64,000 bases of DNA from an uncultured Actinomycetes bacterium (GTDB lineage: Bacteria > Actinomycetota > Thermoleophilia > Gaiellales > Gaiellaceae), in contig CAWBVO010000028.1 in the NCBI GenBank assembly GCA_963792245.1, positions 3,103 to 67,102 on the forward strand, given 5' to 3'. The notes beneath the pieces were generated by a model that searched no databases, had not been told where the DNA came from, and saw only the letters and a program-made list of their open reading frames with translations. A program made the translations under genes and the position numbers. Positions 29,580 through 40,925 of the stretch are shown here, in pieces (positions within the stretch are counted from its first letter, which is position 1; each line of letters starts with the position of its first letter).

Positions 29580-30968
29580 CTACCTCCGTCGGGGTGGGAG
29601 GTGAATCGCACGGCCGAGCGCGACGAGTGCCGCCTCCTTGATGCCCTCGGCGAGGGTGGGATGCGGCGCGACCCCGTCGGCGACGGTCTCGATCGTCGAC
29701 TCCGCGTCCAGGGCGACGACCGCCTCGCCGATCAGGTCGGTCGCATGCGGACCGACGATCACGACACCGAGCAGCTCGCCGTAGGTCGACTCGTGGATCG
29801 TCTTCACCCACCCGGTCGTATCGCCCGACATCACCGCGCGCGCGATGGCGACCCACGGAGCGCGGCCGACGACGACGGCGTCGCCGTGCACCTCGCGGGC
29901 CTGGGCCTCGGTGAGCCCGACGCCCGCAACCTCGGGGTCGGTGTAGATGGGACGCGGGACCGCCGGCTCGCCCATCGTCGCCTCGTGGCCCATGGCGTTC
30001 TCCGCCGCGACCTCTCCCTCGCGGAAGCCCGTGTGCGCGAGCTGCCAGTAGCCCGCGACGTCGCCGACGGCGTAGATGTGCGGCACGTTCGTCCTGCGGT
30101 GCTCGTCCGTGCCGATTCCCTTGCGGTCGAACGCGACGCCGGCGGCCTCGAGACCGACGCCGTCGACAAGGGCGGCACGGCCGACGGAGACGAGCATCAG
30201 GTCGCAGTCGACCGTCTCGCCGTCCCCGAAGTGCACGGTGAGATGCGAGCCGTGGTCGTCGACCTGCGTGCACTGCTTCGAAAGATGCTGGGTGATCCCC
30301 CGCTTGCGGAACGCCTTCTCGAGCTCCTTTGCGGCGTCCTCGTCCTCGGTCGGGATCAGGTGCGGCAGCATCTCGACGATCGTCACCTCGGAGCCGAAGC
30401 GGTTGAAGATCGAGGCGAACTCGCAGCCGATGATCCCGCCGCCGAGGATCACGAGTCGCGCGGGCACCTCGGAGGCCGCGAGGAGCCCCGTCGAGTCGAC
30501 GCAGCGGGGTGAGTCGAGCCCCGGGATCGGCGGGCGGATCGGGAACGAGCCCGTCGCGACGATCGCGCTCTTGAAGACGACCTCCTCCGCGCCCTCGACC
30601 GCGATCGTGTTCGGCCCCGTGAACGTGCCGCGGCCGTTGACCCACGCGACGCCGTTCGCCTTGAAGAGCGATGCGACGCCGCCCGTCATCTGGTCGACGA
30701 CGGCGTCCTTCCAGGCCGCGACCGTCGCGAAGTCGAGCTCCGGCTCCGCCGTCCGGACGCCGAGCCTCGAGAAGGTCTCGCGCGCGTCGTGGTAGGCGTG
30801 CGCGCTCTGCACCCAGGCCTTCGTCGGGATGCACCCGACGCGGAGGCACGTGCCTCCGAGCCTCGGCTCGGCCTCGATGCAGGCGACGCTCCCGCCGAGC
30901 TGCGCCGCGCGGATCGCGGCCGTGTAGCCGGCGGGTCCGCCCCCGAGCACTGCGACGTCGACGTCCAT
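29580..30968 (-). CDS. lpdA: dihydrolipoamide dehydrogenase (E3)
   Basis: GGGPAGY, GGTCLRVGCIPTK redox disulfide, GGGIIGCE, HPTLAE. Confidence 0.95.
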   Translation of the reverse strand: MDVDVAVLGGGPAGYTAAIRAAQLGGSVACIEAEPRLGGTCLRVGCIPTKAWVQSAHAYHDARETFSRLGVRTAEPELDFATVAAWKDAVVDQMTGGVASLFKANGVAWVNGRGTFTGPNTIAVEGAEEVVFKSAIVATGSFPIRPPIPGLDSPRCVDSTGLLAASEVPARLVILGGGIIGCEFASIFNRFGSEVTIVEMLPHLIPTEDEDAAKELEKAFRKRGITQHLSKQCTQVDDHGSHLTVHFGDGETVDCDLMLVSVGRAALVDGVGLEAAGVAFDRKGIGTDEHRRTNVPHIYAVGDVAGYWQLAHTGFREGEVAAENAMGHEATMGEPAVPRPIYTDPEVAGVGLTEAQAREVHGDAVVVGRAPWVAIARAVMSGDTTGWVKTIHESTYGELLGVVIVGPHATDLIGEAVVALDAESTIETVADGVAPHPTLAEGIKEAALVALGRAIHLPPRRR

Positions 30969-30983
30969 GAGCGGAACCCTAGA

Positions 30984-31472
30984 TCAGTCGAGGGGCGCCA
31001 GCATCGTCACCGAGTCGGCGTCCTCGGCCACGCGCCGGAAGCCGTGGCGCTCGTAGAGCTCCATCGCGCCCGCGTTCGCCCGGTCGACGCTGAGCGAGAT
31101 GCCCGCATAGCCGTCGCCCCGGGCGCGCTCGAGCAGTGCATCGAGGAGCGCCGTCCCGACGCCCTTGCCGCGGGCGTTCGGAACCACGGCGATCGCGAGC
31201 TCGGGCGTTCCCTCGTCGACGAAGCCGTACCCCGGTCGCTGGCCCTCGAAGAGCCGGTACCAGGCTGCCCCGACCGGGAAGCCCTTGTCGAGGGCGATCA
31301 CGGCGGTGTCGCCGCGGCGCCCCCAGGCCTTCACGTAGAGCGCGACGGGGCCGGGCCCCGTGTCCGGCGCCCGCTCCTTCCAGTAGTAGGCGTGATGGAG
31401 CATGTCGCGAAGGAAGCGCACGTCCTGCGCCCCGCCCCGCCGTACGACGACGCCCGGCGAGTCCTCGCTCAC
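30984..31472 (-). CDS. GNAT acetyltransferase
   Basis: RGKGVGTALL, LSVDRAN.A..LYERHGF; GTGA overlap with the E2 stop. Confidence 0.85.
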   Translation of the reverse strand: MSEDSPGVVVRRGGAQDVRFLRDMLHHAYYWKERAPDTGPGPVALYVKAWGRRGDTAVIALDKGFPVGAAWYRLFEGQRPGYGFVDEGTPELAIAVVPNARGKGVGTALLDALLERARGDGYAGISLSVDRANAGAMELYERHGFRRVAEDADSVTMLAPLD

Positions 31473-32722
31473 AGCGCGAGCGAGGGCTGCTCGATCAGCG
31501 CGACCAGCGTCTGCAGGAACTGCGCCCCGTCCGCCCCGTCGATCGCTCGGTGGTCGCACGTCAGGACCAGCCGGAGGATCGGCGCGATGTCGAGGTCGCC
31601 GTCGCGAACGACCGGCTCCTCCTTCACGGCCCCGACCGCGAGAATCGCGACCTGCGGTGGGTTGAGGACGGCGGTGAACTGCTCGACGCCGAACATCCCG
31701 AGATTCGAGATGGTGAACGTGCCGCCCTCCATGTCCTGCAGGGTCAGCTTGTTGTCACGGGCGCGGGACACGAGGTCGGCGCGGGCGCGGGCGACCTCCT
31801 GCACGGTCCTCCTGCCGGCATCGCGGATGACGGGGACGACGAGCCCCTGCGGCGCAGCGACGGCGATCCCGACGTCGGCCCTCGGGTGCCGGTGGATCTC
31901 CTCGCCGGTGAAGGTCGCGTTGACCGGGGTGTGTCGCGCGAGCGCGACCCCCGCGAGCTTCACCAGGACGTCGTTCACGGTCGGCTTGGCGTCGCCCTCG
32001 GCGAGCCGCGCGACGAGCTGCTCGCGGAGCGCGAGGGCCTCGGTCATGTCGGCGGAGACCGCGAGCTGGAACACCGGCGCCGCCCACGCCTCCGTGAGAC
32101 GCCGGGCGATCGTCTTCCGGATCGAGGTGAGCTGGAGCACCTCGACCTCTGCGGGCGCAGCCGGCTCGCTCGAGGGCGCGGGGACGTCGGCGGCCGCCTT
32201 CTCGACGTCCTCGGCGAGGATCCGCCCCTCCGGGCCCGTCCCGTGGAGCGAGGCCAGGTCGACGCCGCGCTCGCGCGCGATGCGCCGCGCGAGGGGCGAG
32301 GCCTTGACCCGGCCGTGGCGCTCCGGGGCCTCGGCGGGTGCGCTCGCAGCGGGAGCGGGTGCGGCGGCGTCCGCCGAGTCGCCGTTCCCGGACGCCGAAG
32401 GCGGCTCGCCAGGAGCTGCGGACGAGGTCTCCGGCTCGGGCTCGGAGGCCTCCTCGCTCCGCCGGCCGGCGGCTCCGCCGGCGCCATCCGCAGCGTCGAT
32501 CGTCGCCACCGTGGCCCCGACCTCGACGTCGCCCTCGGCGACGACGATCTTCGTCAGGACGCCGTCGATCTCGGACTCGACCTCCTGCGTCACCTTGTCG
32601 GTGTCGAGCTCGTAGAGCGGCTCTCCCTTCGAGACCGTGTCGCCCTCGGACTTCAGCCAGCGGACGATCACGCCCGACTCCATGCCCTGGCCGAGCCGGG
32701 GGAGCTTGACGTCGGTCACCAT
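31469..32722 (-). CDS. dihydrolipoamide acyltransferase (E2) of a 2-oxoacid dehydrogenase
   Basis: Lipoyl domain ELDTDKV, E3-binding ASPLARRIARERGVDL, catalytic DHRAIDGA; ATG 32722. Confidence 0.92.
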   Translation of the reverse strand: MVTDVKLPRLGQGMESGVIVRWLKSEGDTVSKGEPLYELDTDKVTQEVESEIDGVLTKIVVAEGDVEVGATVATIDAADGAGGAAGRRSEEASEPEPETSSAAPGEPPSASGNGDSADAAAPAPAASAPAEAPERHGRVKASPLARRIARERGVDLASLHGTGPEGRILAEDVEKAAADVPAPSSEPAAPAEVEVLQLTSIRKTIARRLTEAWAAPVFQLAVSADMTEALALREQLVARLAEGDAKPTVNDVLVKLAGVALARHTPVNATFTGEEIHRHPRADVGIAVAAPQGLVVPVIRDAGRRTVQEVARARADLVSRARDNKLTLQDMEGGTFTISNLGMFGVEQFTAVLNPPQVAILAVGAVKEEPVVRDGDLDIAPILRLVLTCDHRAIDGADGAQFLQTLVALIEQPSLAL

Positions 32723-32812
32723 CAGCTGCCGCGACAGCCGTCGCCGATGGTGTTCGACCGTGCCTGCGGCTCTCCGGAGACCCAGCTCACGGGCGTCATT
32801 ATGCTGACCGCC

Positions 32813-33472
32813 GTGAAGCTCGTCGATCAGTGGGCGGCGCTCGAGCGGCGCCTCCCGGGCGACTGGGAGACGGTCGCCCTCCGGCTTCGCACCGAACAGC
32901 CCGACGAGCTCGCCGAGGCGGCCCGCATCCTGGGGCCGATGAACGTGGGCCACGCAGGCGAGCAGCTCGCGTTCGTCGTCCGGCGCGCGGGGGGTCCGTC
33001 AGGGCCCGAGGGCGCGCGGCGGCTCTTCGGCCGGCTCGACCAGGCGCGGATCTGGTGCCTGCTCGAGCAGGCCGATCTCGAAGTCCGGGAGCCGGTGTCC
33101 GAGTCGACGTCCGCGGCGCGGCGGACGGCGACCCCCGTCGCCGAGGCATGGGACGCGGCGCTCGGCGAGCTCCCGTCCGGGTGGAGCGACCTCCTCTGCC
33201 TGCTCGAGATCCACTCGAGCTCGCTCCTCCCGCGCGCCGCGCTCCTCTGCGCCCCGATCAACCCCACGCGGGACCGCGAGCTCGTCGGATTCACGTTCCG
33301 CTGCGCGCGCCGCAAGGGCTACGGCGTCTCCCCGGAGATGGCGCGCCGCTGCTTCGAGCGGCTCGACGGCGAGGCGATCACGGGCGCCGTCTCGGTGCTC
33401 CGCGTCGTCTCCGACACCGACAACGTCGCGACGCAGGGCACCGTCTGGTACGTCGGCGGAAAGGTCCTCTAG
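32813..33472 (+). CDS. hypothetical protein with an internal duplication
   Basis: GTG 7 nt after TATGCT; both halves share W..LP.(D/G)W...L...AA.L..P.N...F..R...G..PE.ARR.F.RLD. Confidence 0.75.
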   Translation: MKLVDQWAALERRLPGDWETVALRLRTEQPDELAEAARILGPMNVGHAGEQLAFVVRRAGGPSGPEGARRLFGRLDQARIWCLLEQADLEVREPVSESTSAARRTATPVAEAWDAALGELPSGWSDLLCLLEIHSSSLLPRAALLCAPINPTRDRELVGFTFRCARRKGYGVSPEMARRCFERLDGEAITGAVSVLRVVSDTDNVATQGTVWYVGGKVL

Positions 33473-33478
33473 GACCCG

Positions 33479-35774
33479 CTAGCCGCGCAGTTCCCCGCCC
33501 ACCCGCTCGGCGAGCGCGTCGACGATCCTGCTCCGGGCCGCATCCGCCTCCTCGTCGGTGAGCGTCCGGTCGGGCGCCTGGAAGACGAGGTGCACGGCGA
33601 CGGACTTCCGGCCCTCGCCGACCTGCTCGCCGCGGTAGACGTCGAAGACGCGGGCGTCGCGGAGTTCGTCCCCTCCGGCCTCGCGGGCAACGGTGACGAT
33701 CGAGCCCGCCTCGACGTCCTCCCCCACCACGACGGCGATGTCCTGGCGGACGGCGGGGTACGTGATCACGTCCTCGTAGAGGATCCGCTCCGGCAGCGGC
33801 GCCATCAGGGCGGCGACATCCAGCTCGAAGACGCCCCAGGCGCCCTCGAGCTGCGCGGGATGGAGCTCGCCGAACCACCCGGAGTCGGTCTCGGCCCCCT
33901 TGCCCGGGTGGAGGTGCGCGAGCGTCGCGCGGCGTGCCTCGAGCGGGACGTGGAACGCCTCGTAGAGCGCCTCGACGGCACCGCGTGCGACACCGAACCC
34001 GCCCGCCGCGATCCCGCCGACGCGCCACCGCTCGTCGGGCAGCGGCTCGCCCGACGGCAGGTAGACCCGGGCGAGTCTCGAAGAGGCGCACGTCCTCGTT
34101 GCCGGCGTCGACGTTCACCCGCGCGGCCTCGACGAGGCCGTGGAGGAGGGTCGTCCGGAGCACGGCGTGCTCGCCGCTCATCGGGTCGGGAAGCCTCAGG
34201 GCGTCGGGATCGGGATCGGAGGGTGCGAGGCTCCAGGTGTACGCCTCGGAGAACCCCGCGCCGACGAGCACGTCCTCGAGCGCCCGACGGAACCGCTGCT
34301 CGGCCGTGAGGTGCCCCGCGACCGAGCGCCGCAGCGGCATCGTCAACGGCACGCGGTCGAGGACCACGCGCGCGACCTCCTCGACGAGGTCGATCTCGCG
34401 CGTGACGTCGCGGCCGCGATGGGTCGGCACGGTCACCCGCCACGCGTCGTCGACCTCGAACTCGAGGCGGCCGAGCATCGACCGCTGCTCCTCTTCGGCC
34501 ACGTCCAGCCCGATCAGGGCGGTGGCGCGGGCAGGACGGAACGTCACCACCGGACGGTCGGGCAGTCCGTCGTTCACGTCGATCGACCCGGTCGGCTCGG
34601 CGCCCGCGAGGTCGACGAGGAGCCGGCTCGCGAGGACCGCAGCGGGCTCGGCCGCGTACGGGTCGACGCCTTTCTCCCACTTGTTCGACCCCTCGGTGCG
34701 GAGGGCGAGCCGCTCGGACGTGCGCAGGACGCCGATCGGCTCGAAGTTTGCCGCCTCGAGCAACACCTCGGTCGTGCCCTCCGAGACCTCGGAGTCGAGC
34801 CCGCCCATGATCGCCGCGAGCGCTATCGCGCGCTCCCCGTCCGTGATCAGGAGGTCACTCGCGATCAGCGTCCGCTCGGTGCCGTCGAGCGTCCGGAGGC
34901 GCTCCCCCTGCTGCGCCCGCCGGACCAGGATCCGGCCGCCGGCGAGCTTCGAGCGGTCGAAGGCGTGGAGCGGGCTGCCCCACACGTGCATGACGTAGTT
35001 CGTCACGTCGACGACGTTGGAGATCGAGCGCATGCCCGCGAGGTGGAGGCGCGCACGGAGCCACTGGGGCGACGGCCCGACCGCAACGCCGCGGAACCCG
35101 CGGGCGATGTACCGCGGGCAGCCGCCGAAGTCGTCGACCCCGACCTCGAGGGGCTCAGGATCGGTCACCGGGGGATCGTCCGGTTCGGGCGGGCGCAGCG
35201 TCCCGTCGCAGAGCGCCGCGACCTCGCGGGCGATCCCGACCAGCGAGAGGAGGTCGGGCCGGTTCATGGTCGGCGTCACGTCGAGCACCTGGTCGGCGAG
35301 CGGCAGGACCTCCGCCAGGGGCGTCCCCGGCTCGACCGAGGCGGGGAGCAGCATGATGCCGGAGTGGTCGGGGCCGAGGCCGACCTCGTCCTCGGCGAGG
35401 ATCATCCCCCGCGACACCTCGCCCCGCAGCTTCCGCTCCTCGAGCGGTCCCGGGAAGCCGGGGAGCAGCGCGCCCGGCATCCCGACGGCGACGGTCGCCC
35501 CGACTCCGAAGTTCCACGCGCCGCAGACGATCTGCTGCGGATCGGGGTTGCCGACGTCGACCTGGCAGAGCTGGAGCCGATCGGCGTTCGGATGCGGATC
35601 GGCGGCGAGCACCCGCCCCACGACGAAGCGCCCGAGGTTGCCGTCGACATCGGCGACGCCGGCGTCGTCGACGCGGTCGACCTCGAGCGCCGAGATCGAG
35701 AGGCGGCGCGCCAGGTCGCGAGCGGAGGCGGACGTCTCGACGTACTCCCGCAGCCACGAGAGCGGAACCCGCAT
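33479..35774 (-). CDS. pheT: phenylalanine--tRNA ligase beta subunit (+1 frameshift near 34077)
   Basis: MRVPLSWLREY, HPNADRL, TMNRPD, NVVDVTNY, RFE-type EKGVD; the C-terminal FDX-ACB domain (YPAVRQDIA, FDVYRG) is in the next frame. Confidence 0.95.
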
Positions 35775-36769
35775 CAGAACTGCCTCGCGAAGCGGAGGTC
35801 GTTCCGCCAGAGCTCGCGGAGGTCAGGGAACTCGTGACGGAGCATCGCGATCCGCTCGAGCCCGAGGCCGAAGGCGAAGCCGGAGTACCGGTCGGGGTCG
35901 TAGCCCACGAACTCGAACAGCTTCGGGTCGACCATGCCGGAACCGCCGAGCTCGATCCAGCCCGAGTGGCGGCACACGGGACAGCCCGCGCCGTCGCAGA
36001 CGTGGCAGGAGACGTACGGCTCGACGGACGGCTCGGTGAACGGGAAGTAGTGCGTCCGGAACTCCGTCCGGCGCTCCTGACCGAACAGCGCCTTCATCAG
36101 TGCGTCGAGCGTCCCGAGCAGATCGGCGAGCGTGATGCCCTCGTCCACCGCGAGGCCCTCGACCTGGTGGAAGACCGGCACGTGCGTCGCGTCCGGCGTG
36201 TCCCGGCGGTACACCCGGCCGAGCGAGACGATGTAGATCGGCGGCTGCTGCGCCTCCATCGTCCGGATCTGCGACGGGGACGTCTCCGTCCGCAGCAACG
36301 TGTCCTCGTCGAGGAAGAGCGACGCAAGCGGCGAGCGCGCGGGATGACCGGGCGGGAAGTTGAGCCCGTCGAAGTTGTAGTGCGTCGTCTCGACCTCCCT
36401 GCCGTCCACGACGCCGTACCCGAGGCCGAGAAACACGTCCTCCACCTCGCGTCTGATCTGCGTGATCAGGTGGAGATGGCCCCGCTCGTACGCGTGGACG
36501 GGCAGCGTGACATCGGCCCGCTCGTCGGCCAGCCGGCGGTCGAGCTCCGCGCGCGCGAGCTCGGCGTCGCGCTCGTCGACCGCCGCCTCGATCCGCACCC
36601 GCGCGGCGTTGAGGCTCATCCCCGTCTCCCGGTCGCGGACCTCGCGCAGCGCGAGTTTGAGGTCGCTCTTGCGGCCGAGGTACTCGACGCGCACCGCCTC
36701 GATCTCGTCCGTCGACGTCGCCGCGGCGACCGCCGCGAGGGCCGCCTGCTCGAGCGCCTCGACGTCCAT
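35774..36769 (-). CDS. pheS: phenylalanine--tRNA ligase alpha subunit
   Basis: HPAR, LLRTETSP, VYRRD, FHQVEGL, FPFTEPS, GFAFGLGLERIAML. Confidence 0.96.
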   Translation of the reverse strand: MDVEALEQAALAAVAAATSTDEIEAVRVEYLGRKSDLKLALREVRDRETGMSLNAARVRIEAAVDERDAELARAELDRRLADERADVTLPVHAYERGHLHLITQIRREVEDVFLGLGYGVVDGREVETTHYNFDGLNFPPGHPARSPLASLFLDEDTLLRTETSPSQIRTMEAQQPPIYIVSLGRVYRRDTPDATHVPVFHQVEGLAVDEGITLADLLGTLDALMKALFGQERRTEFRTHYFPFTEPSVEPYVSCHVCDGAGCPVCRHSGWIELGGSGMVDPKLFEFVGYDPDRYSGFAFGLGLERIAMLRHEFPDLRELWRNDLRFARQF

Positions 36770-36789
36770 GGGACGATCGAGGCTACCAA

Positions 36790-36804
36790 GTGACACCGTG
36801 TCAC
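36790..36804. promoter_or_regulatory. perfect palindrome GTGACAC-C-GTGTCAC between divergent pheS and methyltransferase
   Basis: Seen directly in a 63-bp divergent intergenic gap. Confidence 0.35.
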
Positions 36805-36832
36805 AAGGCCCCCGGCTGCTTGAATCGCGGGC

Positions 36833-37558
36833 GTGGACGACGACGCGCCCGGCTCGGCGCTCTACGACGGCATCGCGCCGATCTACGACCCGTGGTCGCG
36901 GTCGGTCGTCGAGGACGTCGACTTCTACGTCGAGGAGGCGCTCGCCTCCGGCGGGCCCGTCGTCGAGCTGGCGGTCGGGACCGGCCGGATCGCCGTTCCG
37001 ATCGCGAAGGCGGGCGTGCGCGTGATCGGCGTCGACGAGTCCCCTGCGATGCTCGAGGGCGCCCGGGCGTACGCGGAGCGGGAGAACGTCTCCCCCCTCG
37101 TCGACCTGCGCCTCGGCGACCTCCGGGACCCTCCGGTCGACGAGCGCGTGCCGCTCGCGACTGTCCCGTTCCGCTCGCTCCTCCACATGCCCGACGAGCA
37201 CGAGAAGCTGCGGGCGCTGACGGCCGCGGCGTCGGTGCTCGAGCCCGGGGGGCGATTCGTCTTCGACGTCTTCGCACCGAGCCCCGAGGACATCGAGGAG
37301 ACGGACGGCCGCTGGCTCGAGCGCGAGCCGGGGATCTTCGAGCGAGCCGACTGGGATCTGGAGGCCCGCCGCCTCGTCCTCTCGGTCCGAGGCGGGGAGC
37401 AGTCGGCCAGGTTCGCGCTGCACTGGCTCTCGGCGCCGGAGTGGAACGCGCTGATCGAGGACGCCGGCCTTGTGGCCGAGGCGATCTTCGGGTGGTTCGA
37501 CCGCCGTCCCTACGACGGCGGCGAAGACCAGATCTGGATCTGCCGACGGCCGGGCTGA
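36833..37558 (+). CDS. class I SAM-dependent methyltransferase
   Basis: VVELAVGTGRIA, GVDES..ML, GDLRD, LEPGGRFVFD. Confidence 0.86.
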   Translation: MDDDAPGSALYDGIAPIYDPWSRSVVEDVDFYVEEALASGGPVVELAVGTGRIAVPIAKAGVRVIGVDESPAMLEGARAYAERENVSPLVDLRLGDLRDPPVDERVPLATVPFRSLLHMPDEHEKLRALTAAASVLEPGGRFVFDVFAPSPEDIEETDGRWLEREPGIFERADWDLEARRLVLSVRGGEQSARFALHWLSAPEWNALIEDAGLVAEAIFGWFDRRPYDGGEDQIWICRRPG

Positions 37559-37592
37559 CGCCGCGCGGTCACGAGACCCTCCGGGCCGGCCC

Positions 37593-38342
37593 TCAGCCCT
37601 CCAGCACCATCACCTCGTCGCCGACTCCGACGACACCGGGCTCGACGACCTCGGCGTAGACGCCCAGGCACACGTCGCCGTTCTCCGAGCCGCGCGCCTC
37701 GATCAGCTCCCGGAGGACGTCCCGGTCGCGCCGCCCCGTGTCGGGGCTCGCGGAGGGGACGGCGCACCGCGGTGTCGATTCCCCGACGAGCAGCGTCGCC
37801 TCACCGATCCGCACGCGCCGGCCCCGCCAGTCCTCCTCGGCGAGTGCCTCGAGCCCGTCGAGCTCGAACAGCATGCGGAACCGGCGGCCGTCGCCGTCGA
37901 CGAGGCGCGTCGACGCCTGTGAGACGAGTGTCGCGGGGCGCGAGTCCGTCGCCCACGCACCGTCGTCTCGCTCGACCAGGGCAAGAGAGCGCCCCACGAT
38001 GTCCGACAGCGCGTCGGCCCACGGCCCCTCGACCACGTGGCCCCGGACCTCCCGGCCGTACACCTCGACGGCCTCGGGACCCGCCCGGACGGCCTCGGCT
38101 TCGAGCGTCTCTCCCGACGGCAGCGTCAACGCGAGCACCCGGGTCGCCGGGTCCCATGCGGCGGACGTTCGCACGAGCGACGTGTCGCGCTTGCCGTTGT
38201 AGAGGCGCAGCCCGTCGTCCACGAGGAGGAACCGCCGGTCGTCGCGCGCGCCGTCTCGACCGACCTCGACCGACGAGGGGTGGTGCAGCCGCGTGCTCTT
38301 CACGGGAGTGACGTTGATCCGTGCGACGCGGGGTGTCGGCAT
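37593..38342 (-). CDS. MOSC domain protein
   Basis: [26 protein letters not shown] (conserved Cys), [15 protein letters not shown]. Confidence 0.85.
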   Translation of the reverse strand: MPTPRVARINVTPVKSTRLHHPSSVEVGRDGARDDRRFLLVDDGLRLYNGKRDTSLVRTSAAWDPATRVLALTLPSGETLEAEAVRAGPEAVEVYGREVRGHVVEGPWADALSDIVGRSLALVERDDGAWATDSRPATLVSQASTRLVDGDGRRFRMLFELDGLEALAEEDWRGRRVRIGEATLLVGESTPRCAVPSASPDTGRRDRDVLRELIEARGSENGDVCLGVYAEVVEPGVVGVGDEVMVLEG

Positions 38343-38406
38343 CCGCCGGGCGATGGTAACGGGCCGGGTGGACGAGGCCGTTCCCGGGCGCGTAGGATCG
38401 GCCGCG

Positions 38407-39051
38407 ATGGTCTGGCTGATCGTGATTCTCGTCGTCGCAGCGGTGATCGTCCTGGCGCTGATCGCGCTCTACAACCGCTTCGTCCGGTACCGCAACCGCG
38501 TCGACAACTCGTGGGCGCAGATCGAGGTCCAGCTGAAGCGGCGGTGGGACCTGATCCCGAACCTCGTCGAGACGGTGAAGGGCTACGCGCAGCACGAGCG
38601 CGGCACGTTCGAGGCGGTGACCGAGGCGCGCGCCGCCGCACAGCGCGCAGAGGGCCCGGCGGCGACCGCGGCGGCCGAAGGGATCCTGGGTCAGGCGCTC
38701 GGGCGCCTCTTCGCAGTCGCCGAGGCCTACCCGGAGCTGCAGGCGGACGAGAACTTCCGGCAGCTGCAGTCCGAGCTGGCCGAGACGGAGAACCGCATCG
38801 CCGTCTCCCGGCAGGTCTACAACGACACCGTCCTCACGTACAACAACGCGATCCAGACGTTCCCGGGTGTCGTGATCGCGGGACCGTTCGGGTTCGCACG
38901 GCGCGAGTTCTTCGAGACCGACGAGACGCAGCGCGAGGCGCCGCACGTCGACTTCTCGCCCGGGGCCGGCCCGTCCGCGCCCTCCGTGCCCGCCACCGTG
39001 GCACCGACGGCGCCTCCCGTGGACGCGCCGAGTGACCCGCCCGCCTCGTAG
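38407..39051 (+). CDS. lemA: LemA family protein
   Basis: N-terminal TM; [46 protein letters not shown]. Confidence 0.93.
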   Translation: MVWLIVILVVAAVIVLALIALYNRFVRYRNRVDNSWAQIEVQLKRRWDLIPNLVETVKGYAQHERGTFEAVTEARAAAQRAEGPAATAAAEGILGQALGRLFAVAEAYPELQADENFRQLQSELAETENRIAVSRQVYNDTVLTYNNAIQTFPGVVIAGPFGFARREFFETDETQREAPHVDFSPGAGPSAPSVPATVAPTAPPVDAPSDPPAS

Positions 39052-40913
39052 AGCGACGCTCCTCGCCGCCGCCGTCGCAGCGCTCGCGCTGGCCGGCGGC
39101 GCCCAGGCGAAGTCGTTCGACCTCCCCCAGGCCAACGTCACGGTCGTGGTGGGGACGGACGGCAGCCTCCGGGTCACGGAGCAGCTGACGTACGCCTTCA
39201 GCGGAGCGTTCAGCGGCGCCAACCGCGACATCCCTCTCCGCTCGGGCGAGTCGATCGACCAGGTGAGCGTCTCGGAGAACGGGCGCTCCTTTGCCGCCGG
39301 CGGCTGCGTCGAGCTGGGATGCTCGAGCCCGGCCGGCACGTTCGGCGTCGTGCGCACCGGCGACACCGAGCGCGTCGTCTGGCACTTCAGCGCCAGCGAC
39401 GCCGTGCGGACGTTCGAGATCCACTACCGGATGCAGGGGCTCGCGGTGGCCTACGACGACGTCGTCGACGTGAACCTCAAGGTGTGGGGCGATCAATGGG
39501 ATTCCTCGCTCGGCAGGCTCACGGCGACGACGACCGGCCCCGGAGACGTCGTCAGGGCCTGGGGTCACCCGGTCTGGGTGCGCGGTGACGTGACGCTCGA
39601 CGGGGCGAGCGCGCACCTGCGGGCGCTCGACGTCCCGGCACACCAGTTCGTCGAGCTCCGCACGCTGTTCCCGCGCAGCGCCTTCACCTCGACCGGTGGG
39701 ATGCGCGTCGCCGACGGGCCCGGGCTTCAGAAGATCGTCGCCGAGGAGCTCGACGACGCGGCAGCGTACGAGCGCGACAAGAAGCGCATCGACGACGCGA
39801 TCCGGCATCCCTGGCGGACGGCGCTGATCCTGCTCGCGCTCGGCGTCCTGCCGGCGCTGGCCATCACGAGCTTCGTCTTCTGGCGCTTCGGCCGGGAGCT
39901 CGAGACCCGGTACGACCGGGAGTACGAGCAGGAGCCGCCGACCGAGACCCAGGCGGCGCTCGTCCCCACGCTCCTTCGTCAGGGTGGGGAAGCCGGGTCG
40001 TTCGAGTTCACCGCGACGCTCTTCGACCTGATCCGTCGCGGCCACTACAGGGCCGACCACGTCACGACGGAGCGGAGCGTCTGGGGCGGGATCCGCCACG
40101 AGAGCATCTCCGACCTCGAGCTCTCGCACGGGACACCGGTCGAGCTCACGACCTGGGAGCGCTCGGTCGCCGAGGTCGTCGACGACGTCCTCGGCGAAGG
40201 CGCCGAGCGGCTGTCGGCGTTCCGCTCGAAGATCGAGGACGACCGCGCGACGATGGCGCCCCGGTTCGGCGGGCTTCAAGGAGGCGGTCTCGGGCGAGGT
40301 GGCGAACCGCGGCTGGTTCCGCTCCATGGGCATCGTCCCTCTCGTCGCCGGGATCGCCGTGTTCGCCGCGCTCGGCGCCGTCTTGGCCTGGATCGCGATC
40401 GACGGCTGGCGGAACGTCTACCCGCGCTGGAGCGACGTCGTCCTGCTCGCGCTCGCCTTCTGCGCGTTCGTGAACGCCGCGATGCTGCTCGGCGCGACGA
40501 CGCGGCGCAAGCTCTGGCGGAGGAGGACGGCCGACGCCGCACTCGAGGCGGAGCGGTGGGACGCCTTCCGCCGCTACCTCCAGGACTTCCCGCGCCTCCA
40601 GGAGGCGCCGCCCGCGACGCTCGCGCTGTGGGAGCGGCTGCTCGTCTATGGGATCGCGTTCGGGATCGCCGAACGGGTCCTCCAGGCCGCGCATCTCGCG
40701 ATGCCCGAGGCGATGGCGGAGACGAGCTCGCTCTACTGGATCTCCGGGTACGGCAATCTCGGAAGCGGCGCCAGCGCGATGTCGATCGGTGACCTCGCCT
40801 CCGGCTTCGGCTCGGCGCTCGCCCCGCCCTCCTCCGGCTCCGGCGGATTCGGCGGCGGCTTCTCGGGTGGAGGCGGCGGCGGGGGTGGAGGCGGCGGCGG
40901 GGGCGCCTGGTAG
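39032..40913 (+). CDS. DUF2207 membrane protein (+1 frameshift near 40268)
   Basis: Signal peptide, extracellular domain, TM pairs, [19 protein letters not shown] and Gly-rich C-terminus [17 protein letters not shown]; typical lemA partner. Confidence 0.85.
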
Positions 40914-40925
40914 CGCCGCCGGCGG

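Noticed and set aside
36789-36805. CRP/GlxR site
   Set aside because: The spacing between GTGA and TCAC is 7 nt, not 6; kept only as a generic palindrome.
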